29,718 bases of DNA from a candidate division WOR-3 bacterium (GCA_037444665.1 JBBILZ010000033.1:1-29718); one strand, 5' to 3'; positions 7,727 through 17,981 are shown, counted from the stretch's first letter. Numbers and translations: made by a program. The notes: a model not told the origin generated them from the sequence alone.

Positions 7727-8812
7727 GTGATTCAAGCAAGAGACTTCATTGAAAGAATAAAACCATATAAACCAGGAAAACCGATTGAAGAGGTCATTAG
7801 AGAATTGAATCTCAAAGGTGAAGTTATTAAATTGGCATCCAATGAAAATCCTTTAGGAACATCACCCCGGGCAATTAAAGCAATGCGTCAGGCATTGAAA
7901 GAATCCTGGCTATATCCGGACGATAACTGTTTTTATCTGAAGAATGTGCTCGCCAAAAAGTTTAATGTTAGCAGTGATGAAATAATTGTGGGAAATGGTT
8001 CAGTAGAGATCCTGCCCCTTGCTACCCTTGCTTATCTGAATCGTGAAGATAGTGCAGTAGTAAGTGAGGGTGCGTTTATCTGGTATAAGATTGCAGTAAG
8101 TATTGCAGGTGCCCAGTTAATAGAAGCACCAATGAAAAATTATACCCATAATTTGAAAGCAATGGCAGATGCAATTCAGAAAAACACCAAACTGGTCTTT
8201 ATTGCCAATCCTAATAATCCAACCGGCACAATAGTAACGAAAAAAGAGGTTGAGGAGTTTTTTGCACGGATTCCTGAAAATATACTTGTGGTAATGGACG
8301 AAGCTTATCGTGAGTACATTGATGACCCGGAATTTCCGGATTCGTTTAAAATTTTTAAAGAAAGAAAAAATATCTTGATTCTACGCACCTTTTCCAAAAT
8401 CTATGGACTTGCTGGTGCCCGCCTTGGCTATGGTATTGCCCGAAAAGAGATTATTACCAATTTAATGAAATTAAGGATTTCATTCAATGTTAATAGAATC
8501 TCCCAGGTCGCGGGCATTGCAGCACTTGATGATGATAATTTTGTGAAAGAAACAATAAAAATAAATGAGGCGGGTAAGGAATTTCTCTATGATGCCTACA
8601 AAAAACTGGGTCTTTTTTATATCCCGACTTATGGTAATTTTATTTTTGTTGATTTTGGCAGAGATAGCCAGATTGTTTTTGAATCTCTCCAAAAACAAAG
8701 TATCATTACTCGCACCATAAAAGAATATGGCTTTCCTAATGCCCTGCGCATAACAATCGGCACTGAGAAACAGAATCGCCGATTGATAAAAACACTTAAA
8801 AAAATTTTGTAA
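7727..8812 (+). CDS. hisC: Histidinol-phosphate/aromatic aminotransferase
   Basis: KLASNENP, GNGS, ANPNNPTG, DEAY, RTFSKIYGLAGARLGY, LRITIG. Confidence 0.9.
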   Translation: MIQARDFIERIKPYKPGKPIEEVIRELNLKGEVIKLASNENPLGTSPRAIKAMRQALKESWLYPDDNCFYLKNVLAKKFNVSSDEIIVGNGSVEILPLATLAYLNREDSAVVSEGAFIWYKIAVSIAGAQLIEAPMKNYTHNLKAMADAIQKNTKLVFIANPNNPTGTIVTKKEVEEFFARIPENILVVMDEAYREYIDDPEFPDSFKIFKERKNILILRTFSKIYGLAGARLGYGIARKEIITNLMKLRISFNVNRISQVAGIAALDDDNFVKETIKINEAGKEFLYDAYKKLGLFYIPTYGNFIFVDFGRDSQIVFESLQKQSIITRTIKEYGFPNALRITIGTEKQNRRLIKTLKKIL

Positions 8813-8842
8813 TGTTAAGAAGCAGATTATGAAGGAGGAATA

Positions 8843-10291
8843 ATGCTTTTTAAATTAAAGAATGGGACAGAAATCCCGGTAGAACTTTACAAAACAAGGG
8901 TTGTTCAAAAGATTAGTCTTGCACCAGCTCGCAATAGATTGAAGGCAATAGAAGAGGCGGGCTATAATACATTTCAGTTAAAAACAAAGGACATTTTCCT
9001 TGATATGCTTACTGATAGTGGGGTAAATGCAATGAGTGATAATCAATGGGCTGGATGGATAACAACTGATGATGCCTATGCAGGCAGTATGACATTTTAT
9101 GAATTTGCCGATGCAGTAAAAGAAGTTCTGGGTTACAATTATGTAATGAATGTACATCAGGGAAGGGCAGCAGAACATCTTCTTTCAAAAGTTTTCTGCA
9201 AACCAGATGGTGTTGTTATCACAAATTACCACTTTACTACAACTCGTGCACATATTGAAGTAACGGGAACTTCTGAATGTCTTGAATTATTTACAGATGA
9301 GGCATTGAATACAAAGAGTACCTGCCTGTTTAAGGGGAATATGGATATTGATAAACTTAAAAAGGGAATAAATAAATACGGAAAAGACAAGATTGGTTAT
9401 GTGCGGATGGAGGCAACGACAAACCTGCTGGGCGGGCAACCCTTTTCAATGGAAAATTTAAAAGCAGTTAGAAAGGTGTGCGATGAAAATGGTCTTCTTT
9501 TAATACTTGATGGAAGTCTGATTTCAGAAAATGCCTATTTTATATGGAAACGGGAAAAGGGTTACGAAAAGAAGACAATTGCTGAAATTATAAAAGAAAT
9601 GTGTAGTATTCCTGACCTATTCTATCTCAGTGGTAGAAAGAATACCTGTGTTCGTGGCGGTTTCATTGCGACCAATAACAAAAAACTCTTTGAGCAATTA
9701 GAACCCTGGCTCCCGGTCTATGAGGGGTTTTATACATACGGTGGTATGTCAATGCGCGAGATTGGTGCGATGACCGTGGGTCTAAGGGAGATGGTTGACC
9801 CATCAGTTGCTGGATGTTCAATTGAACAGATTAAATACTTTGTAGAGAAACTGGATAATTTAGGAATTCCTGTGGTCACACCGCCGGGTGGATTAGCCTG
9901 CCATATTGATGCAAAAAAGTTTTTGCCCCATATCAAAAAAGAAGAGTATATTGCTGGTGCACTCACTGCAGCACTCTATATCGTCTCTGGTGTTCGGGCA
10001 ATGGAAAGAGGAACAATTTCAATGGACCGCGCCAAGGATAGAACCGAACTTTATGCTGACCTGGAATTAACGAGAATCGCAATTCCCCGAAGGGTATATT
10101 CAATCTCCCACATTGAATACATTATTGAAAGATTGCAATGGCTTTATGAGCATAAAAATCTCATCAAGGGTTTGAAATTTGTTTTTGAACCACCGGTTTT
10201 GAGGTTTTTCATTGGTAAATTGACCGCGTTAGATAACTGGGGCGAAAAACTTGCCAGAACCTTTGAAAATGATTTTGGCACTGACTGGTAA
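8843..10291 (+). CDS. Beta-eliminating lyase of the tryptophanase (TnaA)/tyrosine phenol-lyase (TPL) family; residue signature TPL-like
   Basis: DMLTDSG, DDAYAGS, HQGRAAE, HFTTT, SGRK (PLP Lys), YEGFYTYGG, MERG, RIAIPRRVY, LRFF. Confidence 0.88.
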   Translation: MLFKLKNGTEIPVELYKTRVVQKISLAPARNRLKAIEEAGYNTFQLKTKDIFLDMLTDSGVNAMSDNQWAGWITTDDAYAGSMTFYEFADAVKEVLGYNYVMNVHQGRAAEHLLSKVFCKPDGVVITNYHFTTTRAHIEVTGTSECLELFTDEALNTKSTCLFKGNMDIDKLKKGINKYGKDKIGYVRMEATTNLLGGQPFSMENLKAVRKVCDENGLLLILDGSLISENAYFIWKREKGYEKKTIAEIIKEMCSIPDLFYLSGRKNTCVRGGFIATNNKKLFEQLEPWLPVYEGFYTYGGMSMREIGAMTVGLREMVDPSVAGCSIEQIKYFVEKLDNLGIPVVTPPGGLACHIDAKKFLPHIKKEEYIAGALTAALYIVSGVRAMERGTISMDRAKDRTELYADLELTRIAIPRRVYSISHIEYIIERLQWLYEHKNLIKGLKFVFEPPVLRFFIGKLTALDNWGEKLARTFENDFGTDW

Positions 10292-10349
10292 TTTGATTTA
10301 AAAAGATTCAATCTCAATGCTTAGTGAAATATAACCAGCTAAGATAATT

Positions 10350-11243
10350 ATGATTAAAAACTTCAAAGAACTGCTTGCATTTGCAAAAAATAAGGGTAAG
10401 AAAAATTGTGTTGTAGTAAAGGCAGAAGATGAGACTGTGCTGGAAGGCGTAAAACTTGCATTGAATAATGGATTGGTTTCTGCCTATCTTGTTGGTGAGA
10501 AAAAGGCAATTGAGCAGTGTAGCAGAAAAGTAAAACTTGATTTAAAACCGACGGAAATCATTGATATTGCTGACGAACAAGAAGCATTAAAAAGGGGCAT
10601 TACTATTGTAAAAGAGAAAGGCGATTTTTTGATGAAAGGAATGCTTTCTACTTCTTCATTTCTCAAAGGCGTGCTGGACAAAGATTTTGGACTGCGCACA
10701 GGAAAGATTCTGAGCCATATTGCTGTGCTTGAAATTCCCGTGTATCATAAATTGATATTTATGTCTGACGGTGGTATGAATCCAAAATTAGATTTAAAAA
10801 CGCGAATTGATATAATCAATAATGGAATATCCTTAATGAAGGCACTGAGAATAAAAAATCCAAAGATTGCACTCGTTGCCGCGAGTGAATCAGTCCATCC
10901 CGATATGCCAGAAACCATAGATGCGACAAAAATTGTGGAGATGAATAAAAATGGTGAAATAAAAGATGCAATAATAGAAGGACCTTTTGGTTTTGATGTA
11001 GCAGTTTCCAGAGAATCTGCTGAGCATAAAAAGATAAAGAGTGAGATTGCAGGCGATGTTGATTTTCTATTAATGCCCAATATCTCTGCTGGTAATATCT
11101 GGGCAAAGGGATTAATCTATTTTGCAAAGACAAAAGCAGCAGGAATTGTGATGGGTGCAAGCAGACCCGTGGTAATGCTCTCGCGGGCAGATGATGCAGA
11201 AGCAAAATTAAATTCTATTAGCCTGGGCGTAGCAGTAGCATAG
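10350..11243 (+). CDS. ptb: Phosphate butyryltransferase/acyltransferase (PTA_PTB family)
   Basis: LMKGML, SDGGMN, EGPFGFDVAVS, AGDVDFLLMPNISAGN, GASRPVVMLSRAD. Confidence 0.88.
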   Translation: MIKNFKELLAFAKNKGKKNCVVVKAEDETVLEGVKLALNNGLVSAYLVGEKKAIEQCSRKVKLDLKPTEIIDIADEQEALKRGITIVKEKGDFLMKGMLSTSSFLKGVLDKDFGLRTGKILSHIAVLEIPVYHKLIFMSDGGMNPKLDLKTRIDIINNGISLMKALRIKNPKIALVAASESVHPDMPETIDATKIVEMNKNGEIKDAIIEGPFGFDVAVSRESAEHKKIKSEIAGDVDFLLMPNISAGNIWAKGLIYFAKTKAAGIVMGASRPVVMLSRADDAEAKLNSISLGVAVA

Positions 11244-12215
11244 TTAACCGGACATAATCTTTATCATCTGATAAGCAATTTCAGGAATGGGTTTCTTTTT
11301 TGTATAGGTATCCTCAAAGGGAGTATAAACTATACTCCCTTTTATTTCACCAACCATAACACCAAAACGAGATTTTTCAATTGCCTCAATTGCATAATAA
11401 CCTAATCTTGTAGCAAGAATTCTATCGTTTGCACTTGGGGTTCCTCCACGCTGAATATAACCGAGGACCGCAACACGGGAATCCTCGCCAGTCAATCTTT
11501 TTACCTTCTGGGCAATTTCAAGTGCATTGCCCGCCTCATCACCTTCTGAAACAATGATGATATTGGAGCGCTTGCCTTTTTTAATATTATCTTTTATAGT
11601 ACGAGCAATCTCATTAATATCTGTGGGTGTTTCAGGAATAATGGCATCCTCTGCACCGCCAGCAAGACCCACGGCAAGGCTGATAAATCCTGCACACCTA
11701 CCCATCACCTCAATGAAAAAGACCCTTTCCAATGATGAAGCAGTATCCCTTATCCTGTCCACTGCCTCAAGTGCACTATTAATTGCAGTATCAAAACCAA
11801 TTGTAAAATCTGTGCCATAAAGGTCATTATCAATCGTTCCAGGCAGACCAATGATGTTGACATTAAACTTTTCACTAAATTCCTTTGCACCACGCATTGT
11901 TCCATCACCACCAATGGCAATTATACAATCAATCTTGTTTTTGTCCATCACAGATTTTGCCTTTTTCATACCCCTTATGGTCTCAAATTCATCGCATCGA
12001 GCAGTTCCTAAAATTGTTCCACCCCTTTGAATAATATTTGCAACTAAATGATGGTTAAGGTTTATAATATCATTACTTATCAATCCTTTATAACCATGTT
12101 TTATACCTAAAACTACATATTTTTTGAATAATGCGGTACGCACCACTGCCCTTATTGCTGCATTCATTCCCGGTGCATCACCACCACTCGTTAATACTCC
12201 TATTATCTTTTTCAT
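11244..12215 (-). CDS. pfkA: ATP-dependent 6-phosphofructokinase
   Basis: LTSGGDAPGMNAA, GGTILGTAR, GGDG, PGTIDND, EVMGR, LGYIQRGG. Confidence 0.95.
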   Translation of the reverse strand: MKKIIGVLTSGGDAPGMNAAIRAVVRTALFKKYVVLGIKHGYKGLISNDIINLNHHLVANIIQRGGTILGTARCDEFETIRGMKKAKSVMDKNKIDCIIAIGGDGTMRGAKEFSEKFNVNIIGLPGTIDNDLYGTDFTIGFDTAINSALEAVDRIRDTASSLERVFFIEVMGRCAGFISLAVGLAGGAEDAIIPETPTDINEIARTIKDNIKKGKRSNIIIVSEGDEAGNALEIAQKVKRLTGEDSRVAVLGYIQRGGTPSANDRILATRLGYYAIEAIEKSRFGVMVGEIKGSIVYTPFEDTYTKKKPIPEIAYQMIKIMSG

Positions 12216-12221
12216 AAATGT

Positions 12222-12249
12222 ATTATATTTATAATTATCAATAAGTCAA
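12222..12249 (-). promoter_or_regulatory. sigma70 promoter of pfkA (probably leaderless)
   Basis: TTGACT (12249-12244)-N16-TATAAT (12227-12222), 6 nt before ATG; no SD. Confidence 0.65.
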
Positions 12250-12270
12250 CAAACGATAATTTGAATTTTC

Positions 12271-12299
12271 TTGACTTTTCACCTTTTGTTTATTATAAT
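12271..12299 (+). promoter_or_regulatory. sigma70 promoter of smpB (probably leaderless)
   Basis: TTGACT (12271-12276)-N17-TATAAT (12294-12299), 5 nt before ATG; no SD. Confidence 0.65.
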
Positions 12300-12304
12300 A
12301 CTTA

Positions 12305-12754
12305 ATGAAGGTTGTGAGCACAAATCGCAAGGCAGGACATCTCTATGAAATTTTGGATACTTATGAGGCAGGTATTGTGCTTAGAGGTAGTGAGGTGAAA
12401 TCATTAAGACAGGGCGAGGTTTCTTTGAGTGATGCCTATGCAGATGTCAGAAACGGTGAGGTTTTTCTATATAATCTCCATATCACACCCTACCGATTCA
12501 GCACAATTTCAACCCCTGACCCAAAGCGGAAAAGAAAATTACTATTAAATAAAGAGGAGATAAAAAAACTTTTTGGTATCATAACCCAGAAAGGCAATCT
12601 TTTAATACCCTTAAAAATCTATTTTAATGACCGGGGTATTGCCAAGGTCTCTATTGGTGTATGCCGTAGAAAACGCATCTTTGATAAAAAAGAGAAAATT
12701 TTAAAAGAAGAATCAAGAAAAGAATTAAAAAAGATAAAAGGTCTGAATAAATGA
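12305..12754 (+). CDS. smpB: SsrA-binding protein
   Basis: NRKA..YEI..TYEAGIVL.GSEVKSLR, RKLLL, LIPLKIYF. Confidence 0.95.
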   Translation: MKVVSTNRKAGHLYEILDTYEAGIVLRGSEVKSLRQGEVSLSDAYADVRNGEVFLYNLHITPYRFSTISTPDPKRKRKLLLNKEEIKKLFGIITQKGNLLIPLKIYFNDRGIAKVSIGVCRRKRIFDKKEKILKEESRKELKKIKGLNK

Positions 12755-14097
12755 GTATTATTTTTGTAATTTTATTTTCCTATGTTCAGAATTATGAGAT
12801 GATTTATGAGGATAATTCTGTGATATTCCCAAGCGAATTTATTGATAACCAGGACTATCTCTCTTTGAGACAAATCGCTGAATTTTGTGATATCAATTAT
12901 GTTTTAGATAAAGTCCACCAGCGCTGTATGCTTTCTACATCCAACCATAGTATGTCATTAATCTCTGATATTAGCGTTATACAATGGGATAGCCTTTATC
13001 TTAACCTGCCTTTTGCCCCACATTTTGTAAATGAGGAGATATACTTTCCTGCCTGTTTGATTACAAGGATTTTAGGTACACACCTTGAACGCCTTATCTT
13101 TTTAAAAAAGATTGAAGAGATTCCAAACATTGAGAAGATTGATTTAATTACCCGCGGCGATTCAACAATTATTAAATTTTCCTGGCAGAAACCAGTAGGA
13201 TTTGATGTGCAATTTTCTCCCCAGATGGCAATCATTGAGATTGATGCGCAATATAAAACAGATGCTAAAATAAAACCAAAAGGAGCAATAAAATCACTCA
13301 ATCTTTTACCCTACAAAACCTATACACGCCTGGAATTGAATCTGGTTGATATTAATGCCTATTTTGAAAGGAGCGATGAAGTTGTCTTCTATAATAAAGT
13401 CACAAAAAGTGTTCAGGTAATTGTTCTTGACCCGGGCCATGGCGGTATTGACCCTGGTGCAGTTGGAAAAAAAGGCTTATATGAAAAAGATGCTAATCTT
13501 GATATTGCAAAAATGTTAAAAAAGATTATTGAAGATTCGTTAAAGATAACGGTTTTACTGACGCGCGACAAAGACCAATATCTATCTCTCAAAGGTAGAA
13601 CAAATTTTGCCAATCGCAATAATGCAGATGTTTTTATCAGTATCCATTGCAATGCTTCGCCAAAAAACAGGATGGCTTGTGGTTTTGAAACATATTTTCT
13701 GTCTGAGGCAAGGACTAATGAAGAACGGGCAGTGGCAGCAATGGAAAATGCTTCTTTGATGTTTGATGAAGAGATAAAAGTAAGCGGAGATATAAATTTT
13801 ATTCTTTATGACCTTGCCCAGGGTGTCTTTCTTGAAGAGTCCAACAACCTTGCTGAAGCAATCCAAAGCAGTGCAGAAAAATTACTCAATATTCCGGCAC
13901 GTGGTGTGAGTCAGGCGGGGTTTTATGTTCTACGCGGTGCATTTATGCCCTCAGTGCTTGTGGAGACCGCCTTTATTTCTAATCCTGAAGAAGAGAAACT
14001 TTTAAGAAAAAAAGAATTTAAAGAAAAGATTACCTATGCTATATTTGCTGGATTACAGAATTTTATAAAAAATTATGAAAGGAGGCTAAACCATTGA
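12751..14097 (+). CDS. N-acetylmuramoyl-L-alanine amidase (Amidase_3, AmiC-like)
   Basis: VLDPGHGG.DPGA, EK..NL, LTR, FISIHCN, GFETYF, MPSVLVETAFISN; hydrophobic N-terminus. Confidence 0.9.
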   Translation: MSIIFVILFSYVQNYEMIYEDNSVIFPSEFIDNQDYLSLRQIAEFCDINYVLDKVHQRCMLSTSNHSMSLISDISVIQWDSLYLNLPFAPHFVNEEIYFPACLITRILGTHLERLIFLKKIEEIPNIEKIDLITRGDSTIIKFSWQKPVGFDVQFSPQMAIIEIDAQYKTDAKIKPKGAIKSLNLLPYKTYTRLELNLVDINAYFERSDEVVFYNKVTKSVQVIVLDPGHGGIDPGAVGKKGLYEKDANLDIAKMLKKIIEDSLKITVLLTRDKDQYLSLKGRTNFANRNNADVFISIHCNASPKNRMACGFETYFLSEARTNEERAVAAMENASLMFDEEIKVSGDINFILYDLAQGVFLEESNNLAEAIQSSAEKLLNIPARGVSQAGFYVLRGAFMPSVLVETAFISNPEEEKLLRKKEFKEKITYAIFAGLQNFIKNYERRLNH

Positions 14098-14894
14098 ATA
14101 CATTTCCCATTGGAATTTTTGATTCAGGTATTGGTGGCTTGACTGTAGTAAAAGAAATCAGAAAGGCTTTACCCGGTGAAGATATAATCTATCTTGGTGA
14201 TACTGCCAGACTTCCTTATGGCACAAAGTCCTTTGATTCAATTATCCAGTTCTCAAGAGAGAATGCACGGTTTCTCCTTGCCCGGCGAGTAAAATGTATT
14301 ATTATTGCCTGCTATTCATCAACCTCAGTTGCCCTTGAGATACTACAAAAGGAACTATCTGTGCCAATTATTGGTGTTATTAAACCCGGGGCAAAACGGG
14401 CAAAGGAACTTACAAAAAATAATAAGATTGGTGTGATCGGCACGAGTTTAACAATCTATAGCGGCGCCTATGAAAAGGCATTCAAGGAATTGAATGCAAA
14501 TGTTGAAGTTTTAGGAAGGTCCTGCCCTCTATTCGTTCCACTTGTGGAAGAAGGCTTGTTTGAACATCCTGCTACAGAAATGATTGCCCGGATGTATCTT
14601 GAACCATTAAAGCAGGAAGGTATTGATACACTGTTACTTGGTTGCACCCATTATCCATTATTGCTCAATATAATAAAAAAGGTTCTTGGCAATATCAATT
14701 ATGTTGATGCCTCGCGCGAGCTGAGCCAGGAACTGGCTTCCCTTTTAAATGAAAAAAAATTGTTGAACCCTGGCAACCATGGGAAGATAACTATTTATCT
14801 CACAGATTTTTCAATGAACTTCAAAGAGATTGGCGAGCGGTTTCTTGGTGAGCCGATGACAAATTTCTTTCGGGTCGCACCGGGTTCAACATAA
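14094..14894 (+). CDS. murI: Glutamate racemase
   Basis: IGIFDSGIGGLTV, DTARLPYG, IAC, LLGCTHYP; TTG start. Confidence 0.95.
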   Translation: MNTFPIGIFDSGIGGLTVVKEIRKALPGEDIIYLGDTARLPYGTKSFDSIIQFSRENARFLLARRVKCIIIACYSSTSVALEILQKELSVPIIGVIKPGAKRAKELTKNNKIGVIGTSLTIYSGAYEKAFKELNANVEVLGRSCPLFVPLVEEGLFEHPATEMIARMYLEPLKQEGIDTLLLGCTHYPLLLNIIKKVLGNINYVDASRELSQELASLLNEKKLLNPGNHGKITIYLTDFSMNFKEIGERFLGEPMTNFFRVAPGST

Positions 14895-14951
14895 TAGTAT
14901 GATAATAACAAAAAGGTATTTCAATTGTAAAAAAATTTAATAAGGAGACAT

Positions 14952-15668
14952 ATGAGAATTGATAAAAGAGAAAACAATGAACTCAGAAATATAGAGATTG
15001 TAATGGACTATCTTCAATATCCTGCAGGTTCGTGCCTTTTCAAATTAGGTAAAACCATTGCGCTCTGTGCAGTCACCATAGAGAACCGTGTGCCACAGTT
15101 TCTTGTGGGTAAAGGACAGGGCTGGCTGACTGCTGAATATGCACTCCTGCCTGCTTCAACAAAAGAGCGCACCCAGCGTGAGGCAAATACAGGAAGGCTT
15201 ACTGGTAGAACCCAGGAAATAAGGAGATTTATTGGCCGGGCATTGAGACCTATCTTTGACCTTGGTGTCGTTGGTGAACGAACCTTTATCATTGACTGTG
15301 ATATTTTACAGGCTGATGGTGGAACCAGAACCGCGGCAGTAAATGGTGCATTTCTCGCACTATACAGTGCAGTAAAAAAACTCTGGGTAAACAAAGAATT
15401 CAGACAGTTTCCAATTTTAGATTTTGTCGGGGCAATCAGTGCCGGCATTGTTAATGGTGAAATACTCCTTGACCTCTGCTATGAAGAAGATTCAAATGCT
15501 GAAGTGGATATGAATTTAGTAATGACCGGACGGCAGAAGATTATTGAATTTGGAGCAACCGCAGAGAAGATACCTATGACAAAACAGGAACTTAATAAGT
15601 TACTTGATGTTGCCAGCACCGGAATAAAACAGATAATAGAGATGGAAAAAAAGTTCGTCGCTGATTAA
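14952..15668 (+). CDS. rph: Ribonuclease PH
   Basis: GWLTAEYALLP.ST..R..RE, GRTQEI.R.IGR, DCDILQADGGTRTA, DLCYEED..A.VDMN. Confidence 0.95.
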   Translation: MRIDKRENNELRNIEIVMDYLQYPAGSCLFKLGKTIALCAVTIENRVPQFLVGKGQGWLTAEYALLPASTKERTQREANTGRLTGRTQEIRRFIGRALRPIFDLGVVGERTFIIDCDILQADGGTRTAAVNGAFLALYSAVKKLWVNKEFRQFPILDFVGAISAGIVNGEILLDLCYEEDSNAEVDMNLVMTGRQKIIEFGATAEKIPMTKQELNKLLDVASTGIKQIIEMEKKFVAD

Positions 15669-15672
15669 AATT

Positions 15673-16662
15673 ATGGACTCAATCAGGCAGGAATTCAAAC
15701 GCAAGGTTTCAGAGAAACAATGGGGGACAAGACTTGACCAGTATCTCTACATTTCAGGTATTGGTCTGTCACGTAGTCTTATTCAGAAATTAATTAAGCA
15801 GAAAAAAGTGCTCGTGAATAACAAACCTGCAAAATGTTCTTACCATGTTAAAGAAGGAGATGAAATCTATGCGGTATTTGAATTGCAGACCTCAGCCGAA
15901 ATAAAACCGGAAAATATCCCTCTGGATATTATTTACGAAGATGATGATATCATCGTGGTCAATAAACCCAAAGGCATTATTGTCCATCCTGCCCGTGGCA
16001 ATTTTGAACATACTATGGTCAATGCGCTTTTATACTATTGTGGTAAATTACCCAGTATCACTGATGAGATAAGGCCCGGGGTGCTACATCGGCTTGATAA
16101 AGATACTACTGGCTTGATCATCTTTGCCAAAACAGACCAGGCATTGAGCAATTTAGGTAAGGCAATTGCCCGACGTCAGATTCAAAAAAAATATGATGTT
16201 TTGTGCTGGAACTTTCCCGGGCAGAATGAAGGAATTATAGAAGCACCCATAGGCAGAAGCTCTCTGGTCAGAACCAAAATGACCGTAACGCCGCTTTCCA
16301 GCAAAGATGCTACGACCAAATTTCTTGTCTTAGAAAAATTTCCCATTGCCAGTTATTTAAAGGTCTGGTTGATAACCGGCAGAACCCATCAGATTCGTGT
16401 CCATTTAAATTATATTGGCTGTCCAGTAATCGGCGATAAAGATTATGGCGGAACAAAACCCCGGGTTATAAAAAAATCTAATTATTTACCATATTTTCAG
16501 GAGATTTTGAAATTGATTGACCGTCAGGCATTGCACGCCTCAGAAATTATGTTTAACCATCCATGCACCAATGAAACCCTGCATTTTACTGCACCTTTAC
16601 CCGAAGATATGAAAAGAGTAATAGATTATCTAAGAAAAAATTTTTCCGAAGGAAAAGTATAA
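15673..16662 (+). CDS. rluD: RluA-family pseudouridine synthase with S4 domain (RluD)
   Basis: RLDQYL, VVNKPKG..VHP, HRLDKDTTG, TGRTHQIRVH, RQALHA. Confidence 0.9.
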   Translation: MDSIRQEFKRKVSEKQWGTRLDQYLYISGIGLSRSLIQKLIKQKKVLVNNKPAKCSYHVKEGDEIYAVFELQTSAEIKPENIPLDIIYEDDDIIVVNKPKGIIVHPARGNFEHTMVNALLYYCGKLPSITDEIRPGVLHRLDKDTTGLIIFAKTDQALSNLGKAIARRQIQKKYDVLCWNFPGQNEGIIEAPIGRSSLVRTKMTVTPLSSKDATTKFLVLEKFPIASYLKVWLITGRTHQIRVHLNYIGCPVIGDKDYGGTKPRVIKKSNYLPYFQEILKLIDRQALHASEIMFNHPCTNETLHFTAPLPEDMKRVIDYLRKNFSEGKV

Positions 16663-16678
16663 TTAATACTCAAAAAAA

Positions 16679-17947
16679 TTATTCTATATATTTTAGATTG
16701 TTCATATATGGTATCAGAACATCGGGAATTTTTATCCTGCCGTCCTTAGTCTGATAATTTTCTACAATACCAATAAATGTTCTTGGCGTTGCCAGGCCTG
16801 AACCATTGATCGTATAAACATAATCAATTCCCCCGGTTGAACGGCGATACCGAATCATTGCCCGGCGCGCCTGATACTGTTCATAGCAGCTGACCGATGA
16901 AACTTCAAGCCATTCCTGCATACCTGGTGCATAAACTTCAATATCATAGGTTTTGGCAGAAGCAAAGGTCATATCAGCAGTGCACAAAAGTAAAATTCGG
17001 TATGGTAAACCAAGCAACTTTACCACTTCTTCTGCATCACTCAATAATTTTTCAAATTCTTCGTATCCGGTTTCAGGTGTAGTATATTTTACAAGTTCTA
17101 TTTTGTTAAATTGATGAACACGCGTAATTCCTCTGACCTCTTTGCCATAAGAACCTGCCTCACGCCGGAAACATGGTGTATAAGCAGTATAACATATTGG
17201 CAACTGTTTTTCCGGAATAATCTCTTCACGATGCATATTGGTTAACGGCACCTCTGCCGTGGGAATAAGATAAAAATCATCATCACGACATTTATACATT
17301 TCAGATTCTAATTTTGGCAATTGGCCTGTTCCAACAAAACAATCAGGATTATTCAGGATTGGTGGAAATATTTCTTTGTAATTATGTTTTTGCGTATGGA
17401 GGTCAAGAAAGAAATTTATCAATGCCCGTTCCAGCAATGCACCCAGACCTTTATACAAAATAAAACGCGATGCAGCAAGTTTTGGTGCTCTTTTAATGTC
17501 AAGTATATCAAGCGCCTCACAGATCTCCCAATGTGGCAAAGGTTTAAAATCATATGCTGGTGGTTCTTTTAAACCCCGCACAAATTTATTATCAGCACCC
17601 CCTTTTCCTACTGGAACAGTTGGGTGCGGTATATTGGGCAACTGGAGAAACAGGGTATTAAATTTTTCTTCTACTTCTTTTAATAAAAGTTCCTTGTCTT
17701 TAATCTGTTCGCCCACCAGACGACCCTTTTCCATCAATTCACTCGCATCCTTTTTTTCCCGCTTCAATTTGCCAACCTGTTCAGAAAGGGAATTCCTTTC
17801 CTTTCGTAAATTGTCAATTTCGGTTATTATTGCACGACGCCTTTTATCAAGTTCTACCAGCTCAGCAAAATTAAATTCTACCCCCCTGTTCTTTAAGGCA
17901 TTTAGAACCAGTTCAGGATTTTCCCTTAGAATCTTGATATCAATCAT
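16679..17947 (-). CDS. serS: Serine--tRNA ligase
   Basis: Start revised to ATG 17947 (MIDIKILRENP); LIPTAEVP, FRREAGSYG, RVHQF, YQARR, TINGSGLA. Confidence 0.95.
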   Translation of the reverse strand: MIDIKILRENPELVLNALKNRGVEFNFAELVELDKRRRAIITEIDNLRKERNSLSEQVGKLKREKKDASELMEKGRLVGEQIKDKELLLKEVEEKFNTLFLQLPNIPHPTVPVGKGGADNKFVRGLKEPPAYDFKPLPHWEICEALDILDIKRAPKLAASRFILYKGLGALLERALINFFLDLHTQKHNYKEIFPPILNNPDCFVGTGQLPKLESEMYKCRDDDFYLIPTAEVPLTNMHREEIIPEKQLPICYTAYTPCFRREAGSYGKEVRGITRVHQFNKIELVKYTTPETGYEEFEKLLSDAEEVVKLLGLPYRILLLCTADMTFASAKTYDIEVYAPGMQEWLEVSSVSCYEQYQARRAMIRYRRSTGGIDYVYTINGSGLATPRTFIGIVENYQTKDGRIKIPDVLIPYMNNLKYIE

Positions 17948-17953
17948 TATATC

Positions 17954-17981
17954 AGTATATGCTAAATACAAAAAAAGTCAA
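17954..17981 (-). promoter_or_regulatory. sigma70 promoter of serS (probably leaderless)
   Basis: TTGACT (17981-17976)-N16-TATACT (17959-17954), 6 nt before ATG 17947. Confidence 0.6.
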
